A stretch of 64,000 nt of DNA from a bacterium. GTDB taxonomy: Bacteria > JADJOY01. The notes beneath the pieces are model-generated. The model was given only the letters and a program-made list of their open reading frames with translations. It did no database searches and was not told the origin of the DNA. Below are positions 35,738 to 45,782 of this stretch, piece after piece. The first letter of the stretch is position 1; each line of letters begins with the position of its first letter. A program made the translations under genes and the position numbers. Where the stretch lies: assembly GCA_046331705.1 (NCBI GenBank), contig JAXLQJ010000022.1:1-64000 (forward strand), read 5' to 3'.

Positions 35738-38227
35738 ATGATTCGTGCTCGCCCTCTCTCGCTCGCGCTCGCGCTGCTCGTCTGTGCGAACGGATCCGCC
35801 CGTGCGGCCTCGCTTCCGCCCGGGTTCCAAGAGACCGTGGTGTGGAGCGGCCTCAAGAACCCGACGGCCGTCCGCCTCGCTCCCGACGGGCGGATCTTCG
35901 TCGCCGAGAAATCCGGCCTCGTCAAGGTGTTCAGCGACCTCGCCGACACCACGCCGGACGTGCTCGCCGACCTGCGCCCGCAGGTCATGAACTACTGGGA
36001 TCGCGGGTTGCTCGGGCTCGCCATCGATCCGCAATTCCCCGTACGACCCTACGTCTGGGTGCTCTACGCGTACGACGCGCCGCCGGGCGGCACGGCGCCG
36101 ACCTGGAACGACGCCTGCCCGAGCCCGCCCGGTCCCACCACCGACGGCTGCGTGGTGACCGGGCGGCTCTCGAAGCTCACCGTCGGACCTGGCAACACGC
36201 TGGGCGCCCCCGAGCAAGTGCTGATCTCCGGCCAATGGTGTCAGCAGTATCCATCGCACTCGCTGGGCGATCTGCGGTTCGGGGCCGACGGCGCGCTCTA
36301 CGTGAGCGCCGGCGAGGGAGCGAGCTTCACCTTCGCCGATTGGGGTCAGGGCGGCGGCTCGCCGGGCAGCGTCACCCCCAAGAACCCGTGCGGCGATCCG
36401 CCCGGCGGGATCGGTGGAGATCAAGCTCCCCCCAGCGCCGAGGGCGGCGCACTTCGCGCGCAGGACCTGCGCACCACCGGCGATCCCGCGGCCTACGGCG
36501 GCACGATCCTGCGCGTGGATCCGGACACCGGCGCGGCGCTCCCGAGCAATCCGCTCTTCGGCTCTGCCACGCCCGATGCCGACCGGATCGTCGCCTACGG
36601 CTTTCGAAACCCGTTTCGCTTCACGTTCCGTCCCGGCACCAACGAGCTGTGGGTGGGCGACGTGGGCTGGAGCGCCTGGGAAGAGATCGATCGCATCCTC
36701 GACCCGATCGCGGGAGTGAAGAATTTCGGCTGGCCCTGCTACGAGGGCGTTCCCAAGCAGGGCAGCTACGCCGCGGCGCACCTCGGCGTTTGCGACAACC
36801 TCTACGCCACCCCGAGCGCGGCGACTCCCCCCTTCTTCAGCTACGCCCACGACGCCATCCCCGATCCGGAGCGCTGTGGCGGCGGCACCAGCGCCTCGAT
36901 CACCGGCATCGCGTTCCTGAGCGCGGGATCGTTCCCGGCCGAATGGGCGGGCCGGCTCGCGTTCGCGGACTACGCGCGGAACTGCATCTGGACGCTCGGC
37001 AAGGATGCGAACGGCAATCCCGATCCCGCCACCATCGCGACCTTCGCCTCGTCGGTGGCGTCGCCGGTGGATCTTCAGGTGGGCCCGAGCGGCGAGCTGC
37101 TCTACGCCGATCTCAATGGCGACAGCATCCGGCGCATCGCGTATTTCCCGATCAATCAGCCGCCGGTGGCGGACCTCAAGGCGAGCGCCACGGCGGGGCC
37201 GGCGCCGCTCTCGATCGACTTCGACGGATCGGCCTCGAGCGACGCGGACGCGGGTGATTCGATCACGTTCGCGTGGGATCTCGACGGCGACGGCGAGCTC
37301 GACGATTCCACGGACGCGGCACCGACCTGGGTCTTCGAGGAACCAGGCGATCACACGGTCACGTTGCAGGTCACCGACTCCCACGCCGCCAGCTCCACCG
37401 CCTCGGTCGTCATCCACGCCGAGAACACGCCGCCCGTCGCCACCATCGCGGCGCCGCTGCCGGACCTCGCGTGGCACGTGGGCGACACCATCGCCTTGGC
37501 CGCCGAGGCGAGCGACGCGCAGGACGAGACGCTGCCCGAATCCGCGTTCCGCTGGGAGGTCGTGCTCATGCACTGCCCCAGCGATTGCCACGCGCACGTG
37601 ATCAACACCATCGAGGGCTCCTCGACGGCGACCCTCTCCGCCCCCGATCACGATTACCCGTCGCACCTCGAGATCCGCCTCGAGGTGACCGACTCGGGCG
37701 GGCTCACGGGTTCCGCCGCCGTGGAGATCTTTCCCAGGACCGTGACGCTGACGCTCGACACGGTTCCGGCCGGGCTCGCCGTGACGCTCGGCAGCGACAC
37801 GGCGGCCGCGCCGCTCACGCGCACCGTGATCGCCGGTTCGGCGCTGGGCGTGGGCACCGAATCGCCGCAGAACGGCGCCGCGACGGTCTATCGCTGGCGC
37901 TCGTGGTCGGACGGGGGCGACGTCACGCACAACCTGGTGGCGCCCGACGCCGACACCACCCTCGTCGCGACGTTCGTGGCCGATCAAGACGGCGACGGCG
38001 TTCCCGACGGCCAGGACAACTGCTGGGCGATACCCAACCCCGATCAGGCGGACGCGGACGGCAACGGCGTCGGCGACGCGTGTCAGGGCCGGATCTGCGG
38101 CGCGGTGGTCGCTGGCGCCGGCGACTCGCCGGCGTCGGCGCTGCTGCCGCTCGCGGCGGTGGTGCTGGCGGCCGCAGCCATGAGGCGCCGCCGCACGAGC
38201 CGCACCCGCGACGCCAGGAACGGCTGA
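35738..38227 (+). CDS. PQQ-dependent sugar dehydrogenase (GSDH) family protein with PKD domains, TSP3 repeat and C-terminal sorting tail
   Basis: [36 protein letters not shown]...[48 protein letters not shown]; Cys-TM-RRRR tail. Confidence 0.88.
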   Translation: MIRARPLSLALALLVCANGSARAASLPPGFQETVVWSGLKNPTAVRLAPDGRIFVAEKSGLVKVFSDLADTTPDVLADLRPQVMNYWDRGLLGLAIDPQFPVRPYVWVLYAYDAPPGGTAPTWNDACPSPPGPTTDGCVVTGRLSKLTVGPGNTLGAPEQVLISGQWCQQYPSHSLGDLRFGADGALYVSAGEGASFTFADWGQGGGSPGSVTPKNPCGDPPGGIGGDQAPPSAEGGALRAQDLRTTGDPAAYGGTILRVDPDTGAALPSNPLFGSATPDADRIVAYGFRNPFRFTFRPGTNELWVGDVGWSAWEEIDRILDPIAGVKNFGWPCYEGVPKQGSYAAAHLGVCDNLYATPSAATPPFFSYAHDAIPDPERCGGGTSASITGIAFLSAGSFPAEWAGRLAFADYARNCIWTLGKDANGNPDPATIATFASSVASPVDLQVGPSGELLYADLNGDSIRRIAYFPINQPPVADLKASATAGPAPLSIDFDGSASSDADAGDSITFAWDLDGDGELDDSTDAAPTWVFEEPGDHTVTLQVTDSHAASSTASVVIHAENTPPVATIAAPLPDLAWHVGDTIALAAEASDAQDETLPESAFRWEVVLMHCPSDCHAHVINTIEGSSTATLSAPDHDYPSHLEIRLEVTDSGGLTGSAAVEIFPRTVTLTLDTVPAGLAVTLGSDTAAAPLTRTVIAGSALGVGTESPQNGAATVYRWRSWSDGGDVTHNLVAPDADTTLVATFVADQDGDGVPDGQDNCWAIPNPDQADADGNGVGDACQGRICGAVVAGAGDSPASALLPLAAVVLAAAAMRRRRTSRTRDARNG

Positions 38228-39723
38228 TCGAGCTCGACGTCGAAGTGCTCCGCCACGGCGCGCTCGAGGATGTCGTGGTGGAAGTCGATGCCAACCGAGG
38301 ACCAGATCGTGTCGGTCACCAGCCACATCCGCTCCGGCTGTCCCGGCAACGCCGCGACCACCCGCATCACGTCGTCGGTCGAGTGGAGCTGGGTGTCGGC
38401 GAGCCGCCAATGGTCCGGATCGTTGGCGCTCGGGATCGGAACGATGCGATTGGGACCGGCGTAATGGATGCGCAGCGGCAGCTCGGTGGGCGCGCGGAAG
38501 GTCAGGATCGGCTGACCGGGTTGCTCGTGAGCCTCGATGAAGCGCGCCACGCGCAGCCAATCGCCGCGCTTCGCCGGCTGCGGCAGGTAGGTGGCGGCGA
38601 GCGCCGCGACGTCGAAGGCGAGCACCACCCCGGCGCCGGCTGCCACCGCGCGCCGTCCCCCGAGCTCGGCGAGCAAGAGGAACGCGAACAGCACCACGGG
38701 CACGAAGACGCCGACGGTGTGCCGTACCAGCACCATGTCCTGCGTTCCCGTGAGGTGCACGGTGAGCACGTAACAGGCGGTGCTGCCCGCCACGATCCCG
38801 CCCAGCACCCACGTCGTTCGCGCGAGCCGCGGTCGCGGCCCGCGCGCCAGACGCAGCCCGATCGCGCCGAACGCGGCGAGCATCACGGCGTCGCGCGCCA
38901 GCTTCACGAGCCGCGGCGACTCGGTCTCCCGCGGCAGCACGTAGTACGCGAGGCGCGTGTAGACGAACTTCACCTGCGCCACGACCCCGAACGGCTCGTG
39001 GGAGCCTTGCGCGTGACCCTCGAGCTGACCGCTCAACGCGCCCAGGAAGGGCAGCAGCGCCAGGCCGGCGATCGCCATCGCCACCAGATAGCCGCGCACC
39101 GCCCGCCAGCGACGCAGCAGCACCAGCACGCCGCCTTGGACCGCGAGCAGGAAGCCCAAGTAGTACTGGGTCCAGAGCGCCGCGAGCGAGGCGGCCGTGA
39201 AGGCCGCCTTCCGGGCACGCGAGTTTCCGTCGCCGACGTACTCACCGAGATAGAGCGCCAGGACCAGCGTGGAGAGGAGCATCGCCACCGCGTAGAGGCG
39301 AATTTCCACTGCGGCGTACACCGTGAACGGATGGAACGCCAGCGCCGCCACGACCCAGCCCGGGTGCACGTCGGGACGCAAGCGACGCCACAGTCGCGCC
39401 ACGGCGATCAGCACCAGCATCGTGCACACCAGCGACAGGATCCGGGCGAACACGTAGTCGGACGAGAGACTTCGCCAGGCCGCGAGCAAGGTGAAGTAGA
39501 GCGGCGGCTGCATCTCGAAGCTGATCGAGCGCCGCAACGCCGTGGCCAGCCCCGCGGACGTGGTCTCGAGCGAGAACGCCTCGTCGAGCCACACGTTGAG
39601 CGCGCGCGCCAGGACGCCCGCGAGCACCGCGTGCGCGGCGACCAGTGCGAGCACGATCGGTCCGATCGCGCGCGGAGGATGGGACGCGGCGGGCCACTCT
39701 CGAGAGCGCGAGGGGGTGCTCAT
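38083..39723 (-). CDS. GT-C fold membrane glycosyltransferase (family 39/ArnT-like)
   Basis: WLDEAFS, QPPLYF.LL..W, EIRLYA, multiple TM helices, C-terminal periplasmic domain starting DW..VA.FI. Confidence 0.85.
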   Translation of the reverse strand: MSTPSRSREWPAASHPPRAIGPIVLALVAAHAVLAGVLARALNVWLDEAFSLETTSAGLATALRRSISFEMQPPLYFTLLAAWRSLSSDYVFARILSLVCTMLVLIAVARLWRRLRPDVHPGWVVAALAFHPFTVYAAVEIRLYAVAMLLSTLVLALYLGEYVGDGNSRARKAAFTAASLAALWTQYYLGFLLAVQGGVLVLLRRWRAVRGYLVAMAIAGLALLPFLGALSGQLEGHAQGSHEPFGVVAQVKFVYTRLAYYVLPRETESPRLVKLARDAVMLAAFGAIGLRLARGPRPRLARTTWVLGGIVAGSTACYVLTVHLTGTQDMVLVRHTVGVFVPVVLFAFLLLAELGGRRAVAAGAGVVLAFDVAALAATYLPQPAKRGDWLRVARFIEAHEQPGQPILTFRAPTELPLRIHYAGPNRIVPIPSANDPDHWRLADTQLHSTDDVMRVVAALPGQPERMWLVTDTIWSSVGIDFHHDILERAVAEHFDVELDQPFLASRVRLVRRRLMAAAASTTAASGSSADAGESPAPATTAPQIRP

Positions 39724-39870
39724 GCGGGGGTTCGGATCGGCGCGTGCTCGATCGCGGCGCTGCCGCGGTCGCGGAGCCTGGGCTGGATCCAGGACCTCGC
39801 TCGGATATCGCGGCGCTCGCGAGCTCGAGCGCTTCGGCCAACGTTTGTCGAATGCGGCGACGGCAACGAG

Positions 39871-39885
39871 TGGCACAGAACCTGC
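39871..39885 (+). promoter_or_regulatory. Sigma-54 (-24/-12) promoter of the sugar-modification operon
   Basis: TGGCACAGAACCTGC: GG-N10-GC, close to the TGGCAC-N5-TTGC consensus. Confidence 0.65.
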
Positions 39886-40148
39886 TCGATCGCAAGGGCG
39901 GGGACGTCTCGTGAGGCCCGAGGTGGGGCGTCACGCTTGACCCGCGCCCGGATCGAGTGGCAGCCTCACCAATGAGAGAAATCGGACCAACCGCGAATTT
40001 TCCCACGCATTTCCAGGCGTCGCACGAGCGCGCCGAGCTGGGAGACGCGCGGCCTAGCGCAGATCGCGCCCCTTCCTCCGTGGCTCCCCAAGACCCTTCG
40101 CATGCGGAAGTCAATTCCGTGACGGATCGTCAGTCGCCGTCCGGCGGC

Positions 40149-41858
40149 ATGCGACAGCGTCACGTGCTGACGGTGAACGTGGAGGACTACTTCCACGTCG
40201 GCGCGTTCGAAGGCACGGTGTTGCGCAAGCACTGGACACGCTTCCCGTCCCGCCTCGAGAAGAACGTCCAAGAGGTGCTGGAGTTGCTCGACCGCCACCA
40301 GGCGAAGGCCACGTTCTTCGTGCTCGGCTGGATCGCGGATCGCCAGCCGAACGTGGTGGCCGACATCGTCAACGCCGGCCACGAGGTCGCGAGCCGCGGC
40401 TACTGGCCAGGCGGCAGCATCCGCAGCCGGCTCCGCGAGGAGTTCCGGGAGGACATCCGGCGCGCCCGGGTGGCGCTCGAGGACGCCGGCGCGTCACCGG
40501 TCGTGGGCTATCGCTCGTCTCAGTGGATCCACGCGCAGGATGCGTGGATTCTCGACATCCTCGCCGAGGAGGGGTACCAGTACGACTCGAGCATCAATCC
40601 CATCCTGCGCCGCTTCGCGTGGGACCCGCGCTGCTTCGAGGTCAATCGCCATCGCCATTCGGCGAGCGACCTGACGCTCTGGGAATATCCGATCTCCACG
40701 CTGAGCCTGCTCGGGCTCAGGATCGCGATCTCGGGCGGCAACTACCTGCGCCAGTTCCCGCACCCGCTCATGCGCAGCGCCGTGCGCTGGTGGGACAAGC
40801 ACAAACGTTCGCCGCTGGTTTTCTATTTCATGAGCTGGGAGATGGACAAGGACCAGCCCGAGGTGCGCGCGCTGCCTCGGCTCAACCGCATTCGCCACTA
40901 CCGCAACCTGGAGCGAATGCCCGAGGTCCTCGATTATTACCTGAGCCATTACCGCTTCCAGGCGATCGGCGACGACCTGGGAATCGCCCGCGCGACGGCG
41001 GCGCCGCGCCGCGAGCGTCCGGCTGGGATCATCGACCTCGGCACCGACGCGATCGCACCGCCCGCCATCGCGCCCGACGCCGAGCCCGTCACCCTGGTCA
41101 TTCCGCTCTACAACGAAGAAGCCAACGTCACCTACCTGCACCGCACGCTGATCGAGCTGCGCCGCAAGCTCGCGCAGAAGTACCGCATCTACTTCAACCT
41201 GGTGGACGACGGGTCGAGCGACCACACCTGGGCGGCGCTCGAGGCGCGCTTCAAGAGCGTGCCCGACTGCCGGTTGCTCAGGCACCCGACCAACAAGGGG
41301 ATCGGCGCGGCGCTGGTGACCGGCATCCGCGCGGCGACCACGGAAGTGGTGTGCTCGCTCGATTGCGATTGCTCGTACGACCCCAGCGAGCTCGAGGCGA
41401 TGATCCCGATGCTCGCCACCGCGGACCTGGTGACGGCGTCGCCGTACCACCCGCAGGGACACGTCTTCAACGTGCCGCCGTGGCGGCTCTTCCTGTCGAA
41501 GACGCTGTCGCGGCTCTACAGCGCGGCACTCGGGGATCGCATCCACACCTACACGAGCTGCTGCCGGGTCTACCGCAAGAGCGCGGTGGATCGGATCCAG
41601 CTCCGCAACCAAGGCTTCCTCGGCGTGGCGGAGCTGCTCATCCAGGCGAAGCTCGCGGGCGCACGCATCTCCGAGCACCCCGCCACGCTCGAATCGCGGC
41701 TCTTCGGCGAGTCCAAGATGAAGATCGTGCGCACCATCGCCGCGCATCTCGGCTTGCTTCGCGACCTCGCGCGTCGGCGGCAGGTCCTGCACCTCGCGAA
41801 CGGGCCCGCGCCCGATCCCTCGCCCGCCCGCGTGAACGCGGCTCCTTCCCATTCATGA
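40149..41858 (+). CDS. Fusion: degenerate polysaccharide deacetylase (DUF3473/XrtA-system type) plus GT2 (polyprenol-phosphate transferase-like)
   Basis: N-half TVNVEDYFH, KATFFVLGWIA, GG.YLR.FP; C-half VIPLYNEE, VDDGSSD, NKGIG, DCD, ASPYHP, GESKM. The start may be as early as 39972. Confidence 0.85.
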   Translation: MRQRHVLTVNVEDYFHVGAFEGTVLRKHWTRFPSRLEKNVQEVLELLDRHQAKATFFVLGWIADRQPNVVADIVNAGHEVASRGYWPGGSIRSRLREEFREDIRRARVALEDAGASPVVGYRSSQWIHAQDAWILDILAEEGYQYDSSINPILRRFAWDPRCFEVNRHRHSASDLTLWEYPISTLSLLGLRIAISGGNYLRQFPHPLMRSAVRWWDKHKRSPLVFYFMSWEMDKDQPEVRALPRLNRIRHYRNLERMPEVLDYYLSHYRFQAIGDDLGIARATAAPRRERPAGIIDLGTDAIAPPAIAPDAEPVTLVIPLYNEEANVTYLHRTLIELRRKLAQKYRIYFNLVDDGSSDHTWAALEARFKSVPDCRLLRHPTNKGIGAALVTGIRAATTEVVCSLDCDCSYDPSELEAMIPMLATADLVTASPYHPQGHVFNVPPWRLFLSKTLSRLYSAALGDRIHTYTSCCRVYRKSAVDRIQLRNQGFLGVAELLIQAKLAGARISEHPATLESRLFGESKMKIVRTIAAHLGLLRDLARRRQVLHLANGPAPDPSPARVNAAPSHS

Positions 41859-42865
41859 CCGATCCGAATCCGAGCGTCGCCGCGCCCCCGGGCGCGGTCA
41901 TCTCGCTCTCGCTCGACATCGACAACCAGTGGGCGTACATGCGCACCCACGGCGATGCCGGCTGGGAGGAGTTCCCGACCTACCTCGAGCCGCTCTTCGA
42001 CACCGTGCTCCCCTGGCTCGAGCGAGAGCGCACGCGCATCACGTTCTTCGTGGTGGGCAAGGACGCGTCGCTCGACGCGAACCGCGCGGCGTTCCGTCGC
42101 CTGGGGGCCTCGGGGCACGAGATCGGCAACCACTCGTTCCTCCACGAGCAGTGGCTGCACCTCTACTCGGCGGAGGACCTGGACCGGGATCTCGGCGCGG
42201 CGGAGGAGCACATCGAGGCCAGCACCGGGCACCGTCCGCGCGGGTTTCGCGGACCGGGCTTCAGCCTCTCCGGCGCGACGCTCGACGTGCTCGCGCGACG
42301 CGGCTATCGCTACGACGCCTCCACGTTCCCGACGTTCCTGGGACCGCTGGCACGGCTCTATTACTTCTGGGGCGCGCGCAACCTGAGCGCCGAGGAGCGC
42401 TCCAAGCGCAGCCAGCTCTTCGGCACGCTCGCCGACGGCTTGCGCCCACTCGCGCCCTACCTCTGGCAGCTCGACGCGCGCGAGGATCTGGTCGAGATCC
42501 CCGTGACGACGATGCCGCTCACGCGCGCCCCGTTCCACATGAGCTACCTGCTCTATCTCTCGCGCTACTCGAAGATCGTGGCGCTGGCGTACCTGGAGCT
42601 CGCGCTCGCGTTGTGTCGAGTCGCGGGGGTCGAGCCGTCGTTCCTGCTTCATCCGCTCGACTTCCTCGGCTGCGACCAGGTCGCCGGGCTGCGGTTCTTC
42701 CCGGGCATGGACCTCACGACCGCCACCAAGCTCGAGTTCGTGGCGCGCGCGATGACGCGCATCCGCCGTAACTTCACGCCGATCACCATGGACGAGCACG
42801 CCGCGCGCGCGTTGAGCCGCGCCTCGTCCCTTCGGCGCATTCGCTTCCCAGGAGGTACCGCATGA
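41855..42865 (+). CDS. Polysaccharide deacetylase (CE4/NodB-like)
   Basis: ATGA overlap; SLDIDNQW, ITFFVVG, GHEIGNHSFLH, GFRGPGFS, YDAS, LLHPLD. Confidence 0.88.
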   Translation: MTDPNPSVAAPPGAVISLSLDIDNQWAYMRTHGDAGWEEFPTYLEPLFDTVLPWLERERTRITFFVVGKDASLDANRAAFRRLGASGHEIGNHSFLHEQWLHLYSAEDLDRDLGAAEEHIEASTGHRPRGFRGPGFSLSGATLDVLARRGYRYDASTFPTFLGPLARLYYFWGARNLSAEERSKRSQLFGTLADGLRPLAPYLWQLDAREDLVEIPVTTMPLTRAPFHMSYLLYLSRYSKIVALAYLELALALCRVAGVEPSFLLHPLDFLGCDQVAGLRFFPGMDLTTATKLEFVARAMTRIRRNFTPITMDEHAARALSRASSLRRIRFPGGTA

Positions 42866-44088
42866 GTGACGTGAAACCCGTGAGCCTTCCTTCCGATCAG
42901 AACGCCAGCGGCCGTTCGTTCGGCGCCGAAGAGCTCGAGCTGCTGCGGCAGGTGATCGAGTCGGGCACGCTCAATTGCACCAAGGGCACGGTGGTCCGCG
43001 AGCTGGAGGCGCGCTTCGCCAAGAAGGTCGGCTCGACGAGCTGCCGCACCACGACCTCGGGCACGGCCGCGATCCACGCCGCGGTGGCGAGCATCGACCC
43101 CGAGCCCGGCGACGAGATCGTCACCACTCCCATCACCGACATGGGCGGCATCACGCCCATCCTCTACCAGACGGCGATCCCGGTGTTCGCGGACTGCGAT
43201 CCGCTCACCTACAACGTCACCGCGGAGACGATCGCCAAGAAGATCACCCGGCGCACCAAGGCGATCCTGGTGACGCACCTCTTCGGCAACCCGTGCGACA
43301 TGGATCCGATCATGGACCTGGCCAACGCGAAGGGCCTGCCGGTGATCGAGGACTGCGCGCAGGCCTACGGCACCACCTACAAGGGCAAGCACGTCGGGAA
43401 CATCGGCGCGATCGGCGCGTTCAGCCTGCAGCAGGGCAAGCACATGACCACCGGCGAGGGTGGCTTCGTGGTCACCAACGATCCCGCCCACGAGCGCCGC
43501 ATGCGGCTCTTCATCGACAAGGCGTGGGGCTACGGCGACCGCAATCCCGATCACTACTTCCTGGCCATGAACTACCGCATGACGGAGCTGCAGGGCGCGG
43601 TGGCGCTGGCGCAGCTCGAGAAGCTCGACGCGATGGTGGCCCATCGCATCGCCATGGCCGATCGGCTGACCGCGGCCATCGCCGACGTGCGCGGCGTCGC
43701 CGTGCCCAAGGTCACGCCGGGCGGGCGCCACACTTACTGGAAGTACTGCGTGCGCATCGATCCCCACAAGATCAAGGGCGGCTCGGTGGGATTCGGCGAC
43801 GCGCTCAAGCCGCTCGGCGTGATGTCGGCACCGCGCTACATCCAGAAGCTCGCCTTCGAGTGCGAGGTGCTGCGCGATCACGTGACCTTCGGCAAGAGCA
43901 AGTTCCCGTACGAGGGACCGCACCGCGCCGGCGAGCCGCCCGTCGTCTACGACAAGGCCGAGTACCCGGGCTCGACGGAAGCGCTCGCCGACGTGGTCGT
44001 GCTGCCGTGGAACGAGCGCTACACCACCGAGCACGTCGACGCCATCGCCGCCATCATCCGCAAGGCCGCCGCCGATCTCGCGATCTGA
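42862..44088 (+). CDS. DegT/DnrJ/EryC1/StrS sugar aminotransferase
   Basis: SGTAAIH, VIEDCAQA, FSLQQGKH.TTGEGG (PLP Lys), NYRMTE; RBS GGAGG. Confidence 0.93.
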   Translation: MSDVKPVSLPSDQNASGRSFGAEELELLRQVIESGTLNCTKGTVVRELEARFAKKVGSTSCRTTTSGTAAIHAAVASIDPEPGDEIVTTPITDMGGITPILYQTAIPVFADCDPLTYNVTAETIAKKITRRTKAILVTHLFGNPCDMDPIMDLANAKGLPVIEDCAQAYGTTYKGKHVGNIGAIGAFSLQQGKHMTTGEGGFVVTNDPAHERRMRLFIDKAWGYGDRNPDHYFLAMNYRMTELQGAVALAQLEKLDAMVAHRIAMADRLTAAIADVRGVAVPKVTPGGRHTYWKYCVRIDPHKIKGGSVGFGDALKPLGVMSAPRYIQKLAFECEVLRDHVTFGKSKFPYEGPHRAGEPPVVYDKAEYPGSTEALADVVVLPWNERYTTEHVDAIAAIIRKAAADLAI

Positions 44089-44121
44089 CGGCCGGCACCG
44101 AAGCAAGCGAGGAGAATCCCC

Positions 44122-45123
44122 ATGTCCACTTCCACGCAACCGCTGCGCGCCGCCCTGGTGGGCTGCGGGCGCATCGCCCAGTCCCATCTCGAAGCGCTGG
44201 CGCACATCCCCGACATCCAGCTCGAGGCCGTGGTCGACGTGAAGAGCGCCGCCGCCGAGGCCGTCGCCGAGCAGCGCCGCTGCAAGCTGCTCACGGATTA
44301 CCGGGACACGTCGCTGCTGGCGTCGATCGACGCGGCGATCATCTGCACGCCGCCGAGCACCCACTTCGCGATGGCGAAGCATTTCCTCTCGAACGGCGTC
44401 CACGTGCTCTGCGAGAAGCCGCTCACGATCGCCTCCTCCGAGGCGCAAGAGCTGGTCGAGCTCAGCGAGCGTGCGGGCCTCAGGCTCATGATGGCGTCCA
44501 AGTTCCGCTACGTGGACGACATCATCAAAGCGAAGGCGATCATCGAGGCCGGCATCCTGGGCAAGCTGATCCTCTTCGAGAACGCCTTCTGCAGCAAAGT
44601 GCTGATGAAGGACCGCTGGAACTCGCAGCGCGCGGCGGCCGGCGGCGGCGTGCTCATCGACAACGGCTGTCACTCGGCCGACATCGCCCGCTATCTCCTC
44701 GGCCCGATCCAGTCGGTGCAGGCCGAGTTCGGGATCTCGGCGCAGGGCCTCGAGGTCGAGGACACCGCCCGCATCCAGTTCCGCACCGAGGGCGGCGTGA
44801 TGGGGACGATCGATTTGAGCTGGAGCCTGAACAAGGACTCCGAGAGCTACATCAGCGTGCACGGCTCCTCGGGCACGCTGCACATCGGCTGGGCGGGAAG
44901 CCGCTACCGCCAGGACGGCAACTCGAACTGGGTGGGCTTCGGCACCGGCTACCAGAAGGTGGCCGCGTTCAAGAGCCAGCTCGAGAATTTCCTGGGCTGG
45001 ATCCGCGGCTCGGACGTGCCCCGGATCACGACCGCCGACGCGCTCGCCTCCGTTCGCGTGATCGAAGCGGCCTACGCCGCTGCCGGGCGCGACAACTGGC
45101 TGGTCGTGCCGAGGGCAGCGTGA
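44122..45123 (+). CDS. Gfo/Idh/MocA NDP-sugar dehydrogenase (WbpB-like)
   Basis: VGCGRIA, HVLCEKP, GGGVLIDNGCH..D; RBS GAGGAG. Confidence 0.88.
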   Translation: MSTSTQPLRAALVGCGRIAQSHLEALAHIPDIQLEAVVDVKSAAAEAVAEQRRCKLLTDYRDTSLLASIDAAIICTPPSTHFAMAKHFLSNGVHVLCEKPLTIASSEAQELVELSERAGLRLMMASKFRYVDDIIKAKAIIEAGILGKLILFENAFCSKVLMKDRWNSQRAAAGGGVLIDNGCHSADIARYLLGPIQSVQAEFGISAQGLEVEDTARIQFRTEGGVMGTIDLSWSLNKDSESYISVHGSSGTLHIGWAGSRYRQDGNSNWVGFGTGYQKVAAFKSQLENFLGWIRGSDVPRITTADALASVRVIEAAYAAAGRDNWLVVPRAA

Positions 45124-45782
45124 GCGGCGCGACAGCGCCGGCCCTCGAACCGGCCTGGACGCACCCGTCCGCGCTCGTCGAGGCGGGCGTCGAGCTCGGA
45201 CCGGGAACGAAGGTCTGGGACAACGTCCACATCCGCCGCAACGCCCGGATCGGCAAGTCGTGCATCATCGGCGAGAAGACGTACGTCGCGTACGAGGTGC
45301 AGATCGGCGACTTCTGCAAGCTCAACGCGTCGGTTTACGTGTGCGCCCAGGTGACCATCGAGGATTTCGTGATGATCGCGGCGCACACGGTCTTCACCAA
45401 CGATCGCTACCCGCGCGCCGGCAACCTCGCGCTCACCGGGCTCGAGACCTCGGACGTCACCGACGAGACGCTGGCGACGCGCGTGTGCCGCGGCGTCACC
45501 ATCGGCGCCAACGCGACGATCGGGCCGGGCATCACGCTCGGCGAGTTCTCGATGGTCGGCATGGGCTCGGTCGTGACCCGCGACGTCCCGCCGTTTCGGC
45601 TGGTGGCGGGCAATCCGGCGCGGCCGGTGGCGTGGGTGTGCGCCTGTGGCGAGCCGCTCGCCAAGGGCGAGGACGGCGAGGTCGCGCCCGGGCAAGCCGC
45701 GCGCCAGCTCGACTGTCACCGCTGCCAGCGCCGCTATCGACTCGACGCGTTCGAGGGTCTGCGCCCGCTCGAGGACGGGTGA
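45120..45782 (+). CDS. Hexapeptide-repeat sugar N-acyltransferase (WbpD-like) with C-terminal Zn ribbon
   Basis: GTGA overlap; HPSA.VE, TKVW, VFTND.YPRA, IGANATI, VAGNPAR...WVCACG...CHRC. Confidence 0.88.
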   Translation: MSGATAPALEPAWTHPSALVEAGVELGPGTKVWDNVHIRRNARIGKSCIIGEKTYVAYEVQIGDFCKLNASVYVCAQVTIEDFVMIAAHTVFTNDRYPRAGNLALTGLETSDVTDETLATRVCRGVTIGANATIGPGITLGEFSMVGMGSVVTRDVPPFRLVAGNPARPVAWVCACGEPLAKGEDGEVAPGQAARQLDCHRCQRRYRLDAFEGLRPLEDG

